This document shows, piece by piece, positions 1 to 8,584 of a DNA stretch of 52,836 bases (position 1 is the stretch's first letter; every line of letters begins with the position of its first letter). The notes below the pieces were generated by a model, which did no database searches, had not been told where the DNA came from, and worked only from the letters and a program-made list of their open reading frames with translations. The position numbers and the translations under genes are program-made. The stretch comes from a virus (taxonomy: Duplodnaviria; Caudoviricetes): IMG/VR virus record IMGVR_UViG_3300009602_000016, positions 1-52,836 of that record. One strand, given 5' to 3'.

Positions 1-64
1 AGGTGGCAACGTCTTTCGAGAGTTTCTCGACGACCTCCTTCACGTCTGGCGCTTGATCAGCCAT
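1..64 (-). CDS. Major capsid protein, N-terminal 21 codons (runs off window start)
   Basis: ATG at 64 with GAGGA RBS at 74-78, reading MADQAPDVKEVVEKLSKDVAT; directly downstream of the prohead protease as in HK97-type gene order; rest of capsid gene is at the other window end. Confidence 0.8.
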   Translation of the reverse strand, partial: MADQAPDVKEVVEKLSKDVAT

Positions 65-82
65 GACAAAATATCCTCATTG

Positions 83-769
83 TCATTGATGGGAGATTAC
101 CCCTGACGCTGCCTTCATGGCCGCGATCAGGTCTGCCTCAGCGCCAACGTCCCGTTGTGCCGCGACAAGTGATTTGAAGCCATTGGCTGTAATGGCCTTG
201 GCCTCTTGCTGCGAGTACCCTACGTCCCGTAGAAGACCCTCGAAGTCACGTTCTGTCTCAATGGTGCTGGCCATCCCGGCCAGACCGGCGAACGCAACAT
301 CATCTTTTACGGCGCTCACTCGCGCCTGTGAGTTGGCTGGAAAAGTGACCAGGGAGACCTCCCATAGATCAATCTCAACCAGCTTCCTGATCCGTACTTC
401 CTCATCGATTTCCGATTTGACCGTTCGGAAGCCGATGGACAATCCATCGAGTGCTCCAATCTTGAGCAACTCATAAGCATCCCTGCCCTGCGAGGCAGCA
501 GTCGCGATGTCGCCTTTTAGAAACAGGCCTCGCTCATCCTCACCCATCTCCGGGAAGATGCCGACGGGTTGGTCCGTCCGATGCTGCCAAAGGAACTTGA
601 TACCACGCGGCCCCTTCTCCTTCAGCGATTTCTCAAAGGCTCCTTTAACAACGATCTCGCGATCGCTGTCCAGCACATCGAACACTGAACCATAGCCCTC
701 GAATGTGCCGTCTTCCGACAGGTCCTTGGTGACTGTCAACGAGCAGTCGATCCGTTTCATCTCAATCAT
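83..769 (-). CDS. HK97-family prohead maturation protease
   Basis: GTFEGYGSVF, FLWQH (catalytic His), LDGLSIGF (catalytic Ser), DLWEVSLVTFPAN motifs. Confidence 0.95.
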   Translation of the reverse strand: MIEMKRIDCSLTVTKDLSEDGTFEGYGSVFDVLDSDREIVVKGAFEKSLKEKGPRGIKFLWQHRTDQPVGIFPEMGEDERGLFLKGDIATAASQGRDAYELLKIGALDGLSIGFRTVKSEIDEEVRIRKLVEIDLWEVSLVTFPANSQARVSAVKDDVAFAGLAGMASTIETERDFEGLLRDVGYSQQEAKAITANGFKSLVAAQRDVGAEADLIAAMKAASGVISHQ

Positions 770-817
770 GGCGTTAGCTCCTTCGCCTTAGCTGCATGTC
801 CCAAATCATCAGAACTC

Positions 818-2890
818 TCATGCTACCTCCTCTGGTGTCAGGTGCCCAATGACACAGCGACAGTTGATCGTCTCCTCAGGTGGTCCGCTGGGATCACCGG
901 GTCTCATCAGATCACCATTGCCAACACGGAACGGCTGCTTGAGTTGGACCACTTGACCATTCGCCTCGATGTGCGTCTCACGGGTCCGGTCGTCACCAGC
1001 CGCAATCCACTCCCTCTGCAACTGCAGTCCTGTTGCCTCGGCAGCTTGATCACCTGCCGCCACCGCTGCCGAATGGGTCTCCGTGCGGGAGATAAGGACC
1101 GCGCGATTACGCGCAATGAGCCCGCCCGTGGCTTCCGTGATCCGACGGGCCACTGCCACGGTGCCTTCAGCCACGGCCTCACCCTCGGCCACGGCATTAC
1201 GGATCTGGTCCCGCGTGGTCTTGCTGATAGCCGTTACCTTCTTCGCGGCATGGGTGCCGATCCACTCATCCCGCGACAACGCAAAGGCGTCAGCAGCATC
1301 CTTGGTCTCCACCGCCCCCTGATCCTTGGCGGCGTCAAGAATGCGCTCACCGAATGTGTCCATGACCGTGGTGTAGTGGGCGCGCAAGGCCAAGGTGACG
1401 CGCTCGTCGTGCTGGTCCGTGCGGTGCATGGCCTCACTCAGGCCACCCTCGGCATATCCCGCCGCCGCGTCCCGTGCCACACGACGCAATTCTGCTATCA
1501 TGGATCTTGCGAGCCCACGTGCGCGGGCGATCTGCAGCCGGGTGTGTTGTGCAAATTCCCTGGCCTGGGCACCCGGCGACCTGTCCGTCAACAACTTGTA
1601 GGACAGGCCACCAGGGCTGGCTAGAGCGACCTGCCCCTCGTCGTCATTACCAAGGGAAAATCCGAGCGGCAGCAGGCCAGCATTGACAAGGATATCGTCG
1701 CCGCCATCCACTGGCTCATAACCCACGGCCTCCCGCTTCTCGTTGATGGTAAGAAAATCCACCCCTCCAAATGTCTCGAATTTGCGCTGCCGCTGCATGT
1801 TCAAGGCCGGCACAACGTCGGCGTTGTACTCCAGCGCCAAGTCATCACCAAACATCGGCACCAGCCAGTTGTTGAGTTCATCCCGCCCCTTGTCCAACAG
1901 GGGCAAGATGGTTTCTTCCCACAGCCCCAACCGGGCCTCACGCATATTGGAATAGGTGGCAGCGTCCGGGATGCCCACAAGCTGGGGCGGCACCCCGAAC
2001 GCCAGCGCCACATCACGGGCCGAAACATCACGCCCCTTGAGCCAGTCCATGTCCTTGGGTGTCAGGCTCATTTCTTTCCAATCGAAATCTCCTTCCAGCA
2101 GGACAGGCCTGCCAGCATTCCGCGCTCCAGCGAACCTCGTATCCAGCTGGTGCTGCAGTGATGCACGTTGCTCTGGCGACAGGACGGCAGGTCCGCCACC
2201 CTCGTCCGTGGATTTGAAGATGAGTGCTCCACCGACCATGGCCCTGTTCTGAAGCATGGACTGGTTCCATTGGCCGGCTGAGTTGTGCTGGTCCACAGAG
2301 AACGCCGCTGCTTCAATGGCGCTCATGCCATACCAGTCGTTGAGTGGATTGAATGTCCGCCAATGGCTCACGAGGGACTGGCCCGTAAAGGGGTCTACGG
2401 GCCAGTCCACATCGCGACCCTTGAGGCTGTAACGGTACAAGGCCGGCAATCCCGTCTTGCCGGGTACGACCTTCATGCGGTCGGGGCGCAGGTTCCACAA
2501 TTCGATCGGTTCCTTCCCGTCAGGTCCAACAGCCTCCAGGTACGAATTGCCGGCGATTAGCAGAAATGCTCCCCAAGCGCTGAACAAGTCAGCACCGCCG
2601 GTCATGGGGTTGGGTCGTTTCACGAGGTTCAGCAATGAATGCTCATCAAGCTGTGCCCGATCACCACGGCCCTTACGGAACAGCTCCCAATCGATCTGAG
2701 CAAATCCTTGCGCCACCATATTGATGGATTGAAACGCCACTACGTTCTTCTGATACGCCTCCTTGGCGAGATTGCCATAGTCCCGTGGCGTCCATGCCGG
2801 CTGGCCCATGTCACCCAACGCGACGACATGGCCTGCCATGCTCTCCTTACGGCCGACAAGTGCAGTCCAGGCATTTCGCAAGCGTCCCAT
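818..2890 (-). CDS. HK97-family portal protein fused to a C-terminal MuF/SPP1 gp7-like head morphogenesis domain
   Basis: Portal motifs (LLIAGNSY, LWNLRPDRM, WYGMSAI, AFGVPPQLVG, LTINEKRE) in residues 1-410; MuF motifs ISRTETH, REWIAAGDDRTRETH, PGDP...INCRC at the C-terminus, one uninterrupted frame. Confidence 0.9.
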   Translation of the reverse strand: MGRLRNAWTALVGRKESMAGHVVALGDMGQPAWTPRDYGNLAKEAYQKNVVAFQSINMVAQGFAQIDWELFRKGRGDRAQLDEHSLLNLVKRPNPMTGGADLFSAWGAFLLIAGNSYLEAVGPDGKEPIELWNLRPDRMKVVPGKTGLPALYRYSLKGRDVDWPVDPFTGQSLVSHWRTFNPLNDWYGMSAIEAAAFSVDQHNSAGQWNQSMLQNRAMVGGALIFKSTDEGGGPAVLSPEQRASLQHQLDTRFAGARNAGRPVLLEGDFDWKEMSLTPKDMDWLKGRDVSARDVALAFGVPPQLVGIPDAATYSNMREARLGLWEETILPLLDKGRDELNNWLVPMFGDDLALEYNADVVPALNMQRQRKFETFGGVDFLTINEKREAVGYEPVDGGDDILVNAGLLPLGFSLGNDDEGQVALASPGGLSYKLLTDRSPGAQAREFAQHTRLQIARARGLARSMIAELRRVARDAAAGYAEGGLSEAMHRTDQHDERVTLALRAHYTTVMDTFGERILDAAKDQGAVETKDAADAFALSRDEWIGTHAAKKVTAISKTTRDQIRNAVAEGEAVAEGTVAVARRITEATGGLIARNRAVLISRTETHSAAVAAGDQAAEATGLQLQREWIAAGDDRTRETHIEANGQVVQLKQPFRVGNGDLMRPGDPSGPPEETINCRCVIGHLTPEEVA

Positions 2891-2980
2891 TTAGCCCTCC
2901 ACGACCAACAGCACCTTGTTACCGACAGCAATCCTTGGCCAGTATGCGGCCGTCCAGAACCCGTAGTTCTGCGCCAACAT
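2891..2980 (-). CDS. Small hypothetical peptide, 29 aa (MLAQNYGFWTAAYWPRIAVGNKVLLVVEG)
   Basis: GGAGGG RBS, ATG at 2980, TAA directly abutting the portal ATG (TAAATG); exactly fills the gap between spike-base gene and portal. Confidence 0.5.
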   Translation of the reverse strand: MLAQNYGFWTAAYWPRIAVGNKVLLVVEG

Positions 2981-2994
2981 ATCCAAGCCCTCCC

Positions 2995-3330
2995 TCAGTA
3001 CAATCCGACCAGGTTGGTGGCTGTAGTGCCAGTCGACAGGATGATCTTGGCACGAACCCAGTATAACGTCCCAGCCAGCACACCAGTCATCGTGAATAGA
3101 TCGCCGCCGCTGGTCGTCAACGAAATGTTGCCGGCACCACCCACATAAATGGCCCGGGTGTGGTTGGTCAGCTCGTTGGTATCATGCGGCGTGACTTCAA
3201 AGCCGTTATTGAATGGGCTCTGCAGACCGATCCGATCCGTCGAGAACGTGTCAGCGGCCCAGGCCACCGCACCATAAACGAGGGCCATGGCTAACAGAGT
3301 AGCCGCTACGCCTTGTGCAAATTTCAGCAT
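2995..3330 (-). CDS. Head spike base protein-like (RcGTA Rcc01079 family) with N-terminal Sec signal peptide
   Basis: LQSP..GFEVTPHD..EL...RAIYVGGAGNI..GT..VRAKIILSTGTTATNLVGL matches the family pattern as I recall it; N-terminus MLKFAQGVAATLLAMALVYGAVAWA is basic/hydrophobic/AxA. Confidence 0.75.
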   Translation of the reverse strand: MLKFAQGVAATLLAMALVYGAVAWAADTFSTDRIGLQSPFNNGFEVTPHDTNELTNHTRAIYVGGAGNISLTTSGGDLFTMTGVLAGTLYWVRAKIILSTGTTATNLVGLY

Positions 3331-3340
3331 GATCGCTCCT

Positions 3341-4627
3341 TCATGAAATGTGTGGCATGACGGCTCGGCCAGTTCCCGTCTTGAGCATGAGCTCAGTCAG
3401 GCCCCAGACGCCAGCGTCCGCACGGTCAGGGGATTTGTCCCCGACATAGCCAGCCGTCGTGAAGTTAGTCAACTGATCTTCGAACCGGGGGAACCGACCG
3501 ACGTGGTGTATCTTGTCCTTCTCATATAACGCCGCAACAGGTTCGGCCCGCACGACCTTGCCCCGTGACGCCGTCACCAGCTTGACCGGCACATGAGGAT
3601 CAACGGCACGGATCACAGCCGCCACCATCTCACCGCCGAAGTTCCGTTCAGCCACGATCAGGTCTGCCTCGTGCTCGTTGTAAGTGTCGACGGCAATGCG
3701 CCCCCACACCTCAGGCGATGCCCGCAAGGAATTGTCAGCCTTCACGTACGCATGGTCATCGACGCCCCGACCCGCTGCAATAATCCCGATCTCATCCGAC
3801 CGATAATCCTCAGGGCCCGAGGCGCCTGACGGGTCCACGGCGACGGCCACCCGTTTCAGATCTGGCACGTCGTCCTCCGATACCCGCGAGCTCTCGATCA
3901 TGTCCGCTGTCCACAAGGCCCCTTCGACCTCGCTGACATACTTGCCCTCGTAAAACCGTTGGCGGTGCCGTGCCGACATGGACCGCAGCTCGTCGAGATA
4001 CGCCGGGTCCAAATTCTCCTTGTTATCTTCCGGGTTCATATACATGAGGGCATACTGATCGGGGTTCCGCAGCTTCTCCTCGTTGTCGACGTTCTTGTTC
4101 TGCACGAACAGCCGATTGGTCCAATGCCCCACGCCCACCGGGTTGAGGTCGTAATAGGCACGCTGCACGAGCCCGGGCGCGCGTTGCGCAAGCCGCGTGA
4201 GCAACGTCTTGATGGAGCTGTATGGGATCTGGGAGCACTCATTCGGGAAGATGGTGGCGTACTCCTGGCCGAGGATTTTGTCCACCCGCTCCTTGTCATC
4301 CAGGCCACCGAACCAAATCTCCGAACCATTGGGCAGCTCGAAATAGCCGTCCTGTCGATGTTCGGTCATCGGCAAATCAGGGAAACACAAATCTCGCACC
4401 TTGGGGAACGTGTCCAACCACACCGACGCACGAACGGCGTTCGCACGGAGGCGCGTAATCAAATGCCGTGAATTGGCGGCCTTGGCCGCACGTATGATGA
4501 TGGCACGAATGATCAGGAATGTCTTGCCCGATCTGGATCCACCCACGAGCAGGGTATGGCGCTGGGGGTCACCCAGCATACGGTTGGCGGCGATCTGCCG
4601 CTCGGTCAATTTAAAGTCTGGTGTCAT
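3341..4627 (-). CDS. terL: Terminase large subunit
   Basis: Walker A GGSRSGKT, Walker B-like TIFPNE, coupling motif DLNP, RNase H-like nuclease VAVDPS and SPDRADA. Confidence 0.95.
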   Translation of the reverse strand: MTPDFKLTERQIAANRMLGDPQRHTLLVGGSRSGKTFLIIRAIIIRAAKAANSRHLITRLRANAVRASVWLDTFPKVRDLCFPDLPMTEHRQDGYFELPNGSEIWFGGLDDKERVDKILGQEYATIFPNECSQIPYSSIKTLLTRLAQRAPGLVQRAYYDLNPVGVGHWTNRLFVQNKNVDNEEKLRNPDQYALMYMNPEDNKENLDPAYLDELRSMSARHRQRFYEGKYVSEVEGALWTADMIESSRVSEDDVPDLKRVAVAVDPSGASGPEDYRSDEIGIIAAGRGVDDHAYVKADNSLRASPEVWGRIAVDTYNEHEADLIVAERNFGGEMVAAVIRAVDPHVPVKLVTASRGKVVRAEPVAALYEKDKIHHVGRFPRFEDQLTNFTTAGYVGDKSPDRADAGVWGLTELMLKTGTGRAVMPHIS

Positions 4628-5171
4628 CGCCCGTCACCACGATCTTGACACCGACCGCCAGATTGAGATTGGTCTGAGGCCCGTCACGGTACTTACCCGG
4701 ATTGGCGCCTTTCATGAGGAAGATCAGCAGCGTGTCCGAGGGTCGCCGCACCGTCAGGGGGATGGGTTCATCGTTCTCATCCAACATGGGCAACCCCGTC
4801 GTGTGGTCTATGCGGTACTGCATCTCGCCCTTATAGATCACCGGCTCATCCACACCATGGATAGCTCGCCGATTGGCCTCCTCCTCATAAGCGGCCTCGG
4901 CACCAATAGCCTTGGCCTCCTCCCATGCTTTAGCAAAGTCCGCGTCCTCATGACGGCGGCGGTATAGCGGCTCACGTCCGATGCCAGCAGCGAGCGCCGC
5001 CGATGACACGCACGGATACTGCATGAGCTCATTAAGGAAATAGGCCAGGTGGGCTTTCGTGACTGGATGGCCTCGGCCCGGTGCCTTGCTGCCACGGGCT
5101 TTTGCTGCCCGCTTCAGGCCCCTGCGGGACGTGCCCTTCTTCTGAATGTCTGTGGTTGTCTTAGAAGCCAC
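4611..5171 (-). CDS. terS: Terminase small subunit
   Basis: Upstream of and overlapping terL; HTH-like VSSAALAAGIGREPLYRRR, EEEANRRAIHGVDEPV, SDTLLIFLMKG..PGKYRD; probable GTG start at 5171 after GAGGGG. Confidence 0.8.
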   Translation of the reverse strand: MASKTTTDIQKKGTSRRGLKRAAKARGSKAPGRGHPVTKAHLAYFLNELMQYPCVSSAALAAGIGREPLYRRRHEDADFAKAWEEAKAIGAEAAYEEEANRRAIHGVDEPVIYKGEMQYRIDHTTGLPMLDENDEPIPLTVRRPSDTLLIFLMKGANPGKYRDGPQTNLNLAVGVKIVVTGDDTRL

Positions 5172-5265
5172 TCGGTTCCCCTCACGCGCACACACGAACC
5201 TCACGGGAATGGGATCATATATCTAGCGTCCGCTCGTTACACCCTGTACTACTCTAATATTTCCA

Positions 5266-5564
5266 GCCCCTTGATACTATTCAATACTATCAGTATATCA
5301 GCATCGGGAAAATGCTGATATGGAAATAGCCCAATGATATCAAGGCTTATATCAGTATATCAGTATAATCAGTACTGACGGACATTTCAAACCTTGCGAC
5401 GAGTTCACCTGCGCGGGTGCGTATCCCGCGCGTTGCGCGACCCTAAGTCCTTGATACTATACGCTTATCAGCAGGGGACCATGGCCGAAAAGTCCTGATA
5501 ATGTGATAGACGGTTGATCTTATTGAGGAATATCTGGTAGCAGGCCCCATATATCAACCTGATA
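5266..5564. repeat. AT-rich non-coding region with clustered TATCAG/CTGATA repeats and A(A/G)(G/C)YCCTTGAT-type leaders; candidate origin or packaging site
   Basis: TATCAG at 5288, 5296, 5350, 5358, 5466 (TAATCAG 5366); CTGATA at 5315, 5495, 5559; CCTTGATACTAT at both ~5269 and ~5449. Confidence 0.7.
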
Positions 5565-5841
5565 GAGGTTAATCCATGGAACGTCTATACATGGACCCCT
5601 ACGCGCAAGTAATATAGAAAGGCCGTTTTATTGCCATCTTCCAATACTCACCGGTGCCATAAAATACTCCCAGATGGAGGCCATTTGGATACCATATGGA
5701 TCCCACGGCTGCGGCCTCGTAGATCGCCCCACGGGGCCGCTATAATCACCTCAGTCATACCTCCACATGACCACCTAGCAGGGCCCGCTGTGGCGTGCCC
5801 CAGTGGTCCGCAATCAGGGTTCGGGTGTCGGTTTTACCCCC

Positions 5842-5997
5842 TCAGAAACCATGGCCATCCCTCAGGGGCAGCACACGCTCCAGGCGGTCTTCGGCGAGGT
5901 CCAGCTTCTCATTGACCTCAGGCCAGTCATCATCCACTAGGGCCGTGTGCCGGAAGTTCCGAATGGCCGTCAGCAGCTCCCTTGCATACAGCTCCAC
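5842..5997 (-). CDS. Small hypothetical protein (51 aa, GTG start)
   Basis: Protein-like frame VELYARELLTAIRNFRHTALVDDDWPEVNEKLDLAEDRLERVL; start uncertain. Confidence 0.4.
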   Translation of the reverse strand: MELYARELLTAIRNFRHTALVDDDWPEVNEKLDLAEDRLERVLPLRDGHGF

Positions 5998-6008
5998 ATT
6001 GTTCTTGG

Positions 6009-6494
6009 TTAGGCATCGGCTTCTTGCTCCTCCGCCGTTGGTCGTTGTGGCACAAGTGGCTCCACGTCCCCCGTCGGAGGGTCCTGGTGCATGGTGCCAT
6101 GGGGCTGCAGGCCGGCTGCTTGGTCCACGACCACATCAGTATAGAACCGCAGCGTCCCCACGAACTCCCTGGGATTGTGAGCAAAATCCGAGGCCATGTA
6201 TACGTGCTTCCCAATGGCCTCAGCCCAGGCCAGTTCTCGCCGCGTGCTGAAGCCGATGTAGTTCTCCACCCCTTCCCCTGGCTTGTCGATGACGAGGATG
6301 GCGTCGCTGTCCATAATCTTGGCCATGTGGAGCAGGTCCAGGATTTCCTTCTGCGCCTCGTCCGGCCCACCCTCAGGCAGATCCGACCGATACGCAGAAA
6401 GCCCGTGGACCCGATGGCCCTTCAGGGACAGGGTGAACGCCCAGTCCTTGAATTCTTGCTCGAAGCGGCTGCTGCCGCATAACGTGATCCTCAT
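6009..6494 (-). CDS. Nucleoside 2-deoxyribosyltransferase-like fold protein
   Basis: MRITLCGSSRF, LHMAKIMDSDAILVID, YIGFSTRRELAWAEAIGK (catalytic-position Glu) pattern. Confidence 0.65.
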   Translation of the reverse strand: MRITLCGSSRFEQEFKDWAFTLSLKGHRVHGLSAYRSDLPEGGPDEAQKEILDLLHMAKIMDSDAILVIDKPGEGVENYIGFSTRRELAWAEAIGKHVYMASDFAHNPREFVGTLRFYTDVVVDQAAGLQPHGTMHQDPPTGDVEPLVPQRPTAEEQEADA

Positions 6495-6505
6495 TGCAGT
6501 TCTCC

Positions 6506-6778
6506 CTACTTGGTGGGTGCCGGATCAGCGGCCCCCGGTGTGGCAACATTATCCAGGACGATGGGCTCCCGTTTCTTTTTGGGTTTCTTCTTCGGCCATT
6601 CTGGGTGGACCAACCGTTGCTCATCGAACCAGTGGCTCGATACATGCTTCCCGTCCTTGTCGACGGGTGGTGCCAGGAGGGCCTGATTGCAGCCTGAGAT
6701 ATAGACCACATACCCCAGGACCACGCCTGTGAAGCCAGTAATGCGGTCCTTCAATGTTTCGCCTAATTGAACGCTCAT
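6506..6778 (-). CDS. Hypothetical phage protein
   Basis: LGETLKDRITGFTGVV..YISGCNQ..WFDEQRL, common small phage family; good RBS. Confidence 0.7.
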   Translation of the reverse strand: MSVQLGETLKDRITGFTGVVLGYVVYISGCNQALLAPPVDKDGKHVSSHWFDEQRLVHPEWPKKKPKKKREPIVLDNVATPGAADPAPTK

Positions 6779-6985
6779 CTCCTAGTTCCTTTCCTCGGTA
6801 GGAGTTCCCCTGGGAAATACTGCCCAGGGATTTGTTCAGCACGTTGCTGGAGCATCGACCGGCGGTGTGCGGTGAGATTGCCGCCCAGGATATAGGCCGC
6901 AATTATCTTCAGGGCTTCACGCTCCGTCGTGTTGGAGGTAATATCCATGGCCCAGTGAGCCTGTGCTGATCTCCCTGGTGGGTGC

Positions 6986-7171
6986 TCACCCATCCCTCTG
7001 CCTTCTCTTCTGCAGTTGCTCCATGAACCAGCACAGTGGGACCGCCACCGGCCAGAATAGCGACACCAGCAGGACGCCGAATGCCGTTGGGATGTCGTGA
7101 GCCGTTTCATTCTGCCAGAGTATCCACCCCAGGCACAAAGCCGCCCACGCGTATAGAAAGGGCGCGATCAT
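6986..7171 (-). CDS. Small membrane protein
   Basis: Two hydrophobic segments; ATGA overlap with upstream gene. Confidence 0.55.
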   Translation of the reverse strand: MIAPFLYAWAALCLGWILWQNETAHDIPTAFGVLLVSLFWPVAVPLCWFMEQLQKRRQRDG

Positions 7172-7515
7172 TGTACGTCCTCCACCTTGATCTTAGTCGC
7201 CAGGGCGCGCTTCCGCATGTCGGCGGTGCCACGGCCCCCGGGAAACACCACGACCAGATCTGGCCGGCCCTCCTCGATCATTTGCCGATTGCGGATCGGG
7301 CCAGCCGCCCGACCATGCTTGCCCCACTGTGCTGGGTAGCTGTCGATCATGATGTCTCGTGATATGGCCCAATCACCGGCTAACCGATCGGCGCCCTTGG
7401 CCTCACCATGGATGACCGTCGTGATGGGTCCACGTATCCGGTGCAAGCGATCAAGGACATCGAACAACCGCAGCTGGTTTGTGTAGTTCCGACCTCCGCA
7501 TACGAGCACTTTCAT
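7168..7515 (-). CDS. SLOG superfamily (YspA/DUF2493-like) protein
   Basis: MKVLVCGGRNY, VIHGEAKGADRLA, GRAAGPIRNRQM, FPGGRGTADM. Confidence 0.85.
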   Translation of the reverse strand: MKVLVCGGRNYTNQLRLFDVLDRLHRIRGPITTVIHGEAKGADRLAGDWAISRDIMIDSYPAQWGKHGRAAGPIRNRQMIEEGRPDLVVVFPGGRGTADMRKRALATKIKVEDVQ

Positions 7516-7685
7516 TTCTTGCCTCCTTTCAATTTCTTCAATACGGTCGTGCTGACGAGGGACGGTCCACGGCCATCCCACTCCACCTCGACGGTATACA
7601 GCGAATAATGGCTAATCACCTTCCCCTTGCGGCCATCGAACTCCACCCGGCAGCCGATCGGGAATTTCTTGGCTTCAGCGGGCAT
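7512..7685 (-). CDS. Small hypothetical protein
   Basis: MPAEAKKFPIGCRVEFDGRKGKV; overlaps neighbours in coupled fashion. Confidence 0.5.
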   Translation of the reverse strand: MPAEAKKFPIGCRVEFDGRKGKVISHYSLYTVEVEWDGRGPSLVSTTVLKKLKGGKK

Positions 7686-7977
7686 GGTAGTTCTCGCGGA
7701 ACCCCGGCACCCGCCGCCAAATCTCAAGCGGCTGATTGTGGGAATTGATGCACCAGCCAACATGGCCGTTTTTCTCCCTCCACTGCTCGAATAAAATTTC
7801 GGCGGTATCAGAACACAGCACGGGCTGAGGATTTGTGTCATATGTTGCAGCAGTAAAACTGCCATCGATGATCAATAGAGTTCGGTACTGGCCCCCTGGC
7901 CCCATGCCCGTCTTCAGCCACCCCAGAATTCGGCCTGGGTCGCAGCAGCATCGCACTTCGTACCATGGCGCACTCAC
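7675..7977 (-). CDS. Hypothetical protein
   Basis: ORF in run of coupled minus-strand genes. Confidence 0.55.
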   Translation of the reverse strand: MSAPWYEVRCCCDPGRILGWLKTGMGPGGQYRTLLIIDGSFTAATYDTNPQPVLCSDTAEILFEQWREKNGHVGWCINSHNQPLEIWRRVPGFRENYHAR

Positions 7978-8183
7978 TGCAGCCTCCCCTCATCACGGGC
8001 GAGCAATCCTTGGACGGCCTCGCCCAGTTCTTTGATCACTCTATTCTGTTTCTGGATAGCGGCTTCGAGCAACTGAATACGGTCCGTGTGGTTACGGGTC
8101 GTCCGCATGGTCCCTTCCAGCGTGCCCACTGCCTGAGCCACCTCCACATTGAGCCGCTGCAGCATTTCGAACATATCACCCAT
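7974..8183 (-). CDS. Hypothetical coiled-coil protein
   Basis: Heptad-like helical sequence, RBS GGAGA. Confidence 0.55.
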   Translation of the reverse strand: MGDMFEMLQRLNVEVAQAVGTLEGTMRTTRNHTDRIQLLEAAIQKQNRVIKELGEAVQGLLARDEGRLQ

Positions 8184-8188
8184 GGCGC

Positions 8189-8584
8189 TTATTTCTCTCC
8201 ATCTTCCGTGCCCGCTTTGCCGTCGCCCGGGCCATCGCGTCCTTGTCGGATGCGCTCAGTTGCTTCTTCATAGGTGACCCCTTCCTGACCTTGCTTCGCT
8301 TGGTCGAGGCCAGGAGTGAGGCGACGACCTGTCCCAAAGGGCCGGTCAGTGGCCACCCATCCACTCCGAATGTCAGCACTTTCATTATCAATCTCCTTGA
8401 AGGCTTCTCGCAGCCGTTCGAATGCGCCATCGACCGATGCCCTGAGCTCACTGAAGGATGGCCCCACGAGGCCAGCAGCATCAGCACATTCGAAGTGCCA
8501 CCACTCCTCCGGCTCCCGCATGGCCCACCGGGCGTCGTGGGCTTCAACACCCACGCTGCACCCTTGGCACTTACGGTCGGGCAT
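8189..8584 (-). CDS. Hypothetical protein with CxxC/HxxC motif
   Basis: KCQGC...WWHFEC; in gene run. Confidence 0.55.
   Translation of the reverse strand: MPDRKCQGCSVGVEAHDARWAMREPEEWWHFECADAAGLVGPSFSELRASVDGAFERLREAFKEIDNESADIRSGWVATDRPFGTGRRLTPGLDQAKQGQEGVTYEEATERIRQGRDGPGDGKAGTEDGEK

Noticed and set aside
4215-4260. Terminase Walker B reads NE rather than DE
   Set aside because: The catalytic Glu is retained and I recall this variant in other terminases of this type; not evidence of inactivation
5266-5564. Repeat cluster as a CRISPR array or tRNA/ncRNA
   Set aside because: Repeats are 6-12 nt with irregular spacing, there is no repeat-spacer periodicity or cas gene, and no cloverleaf was seen
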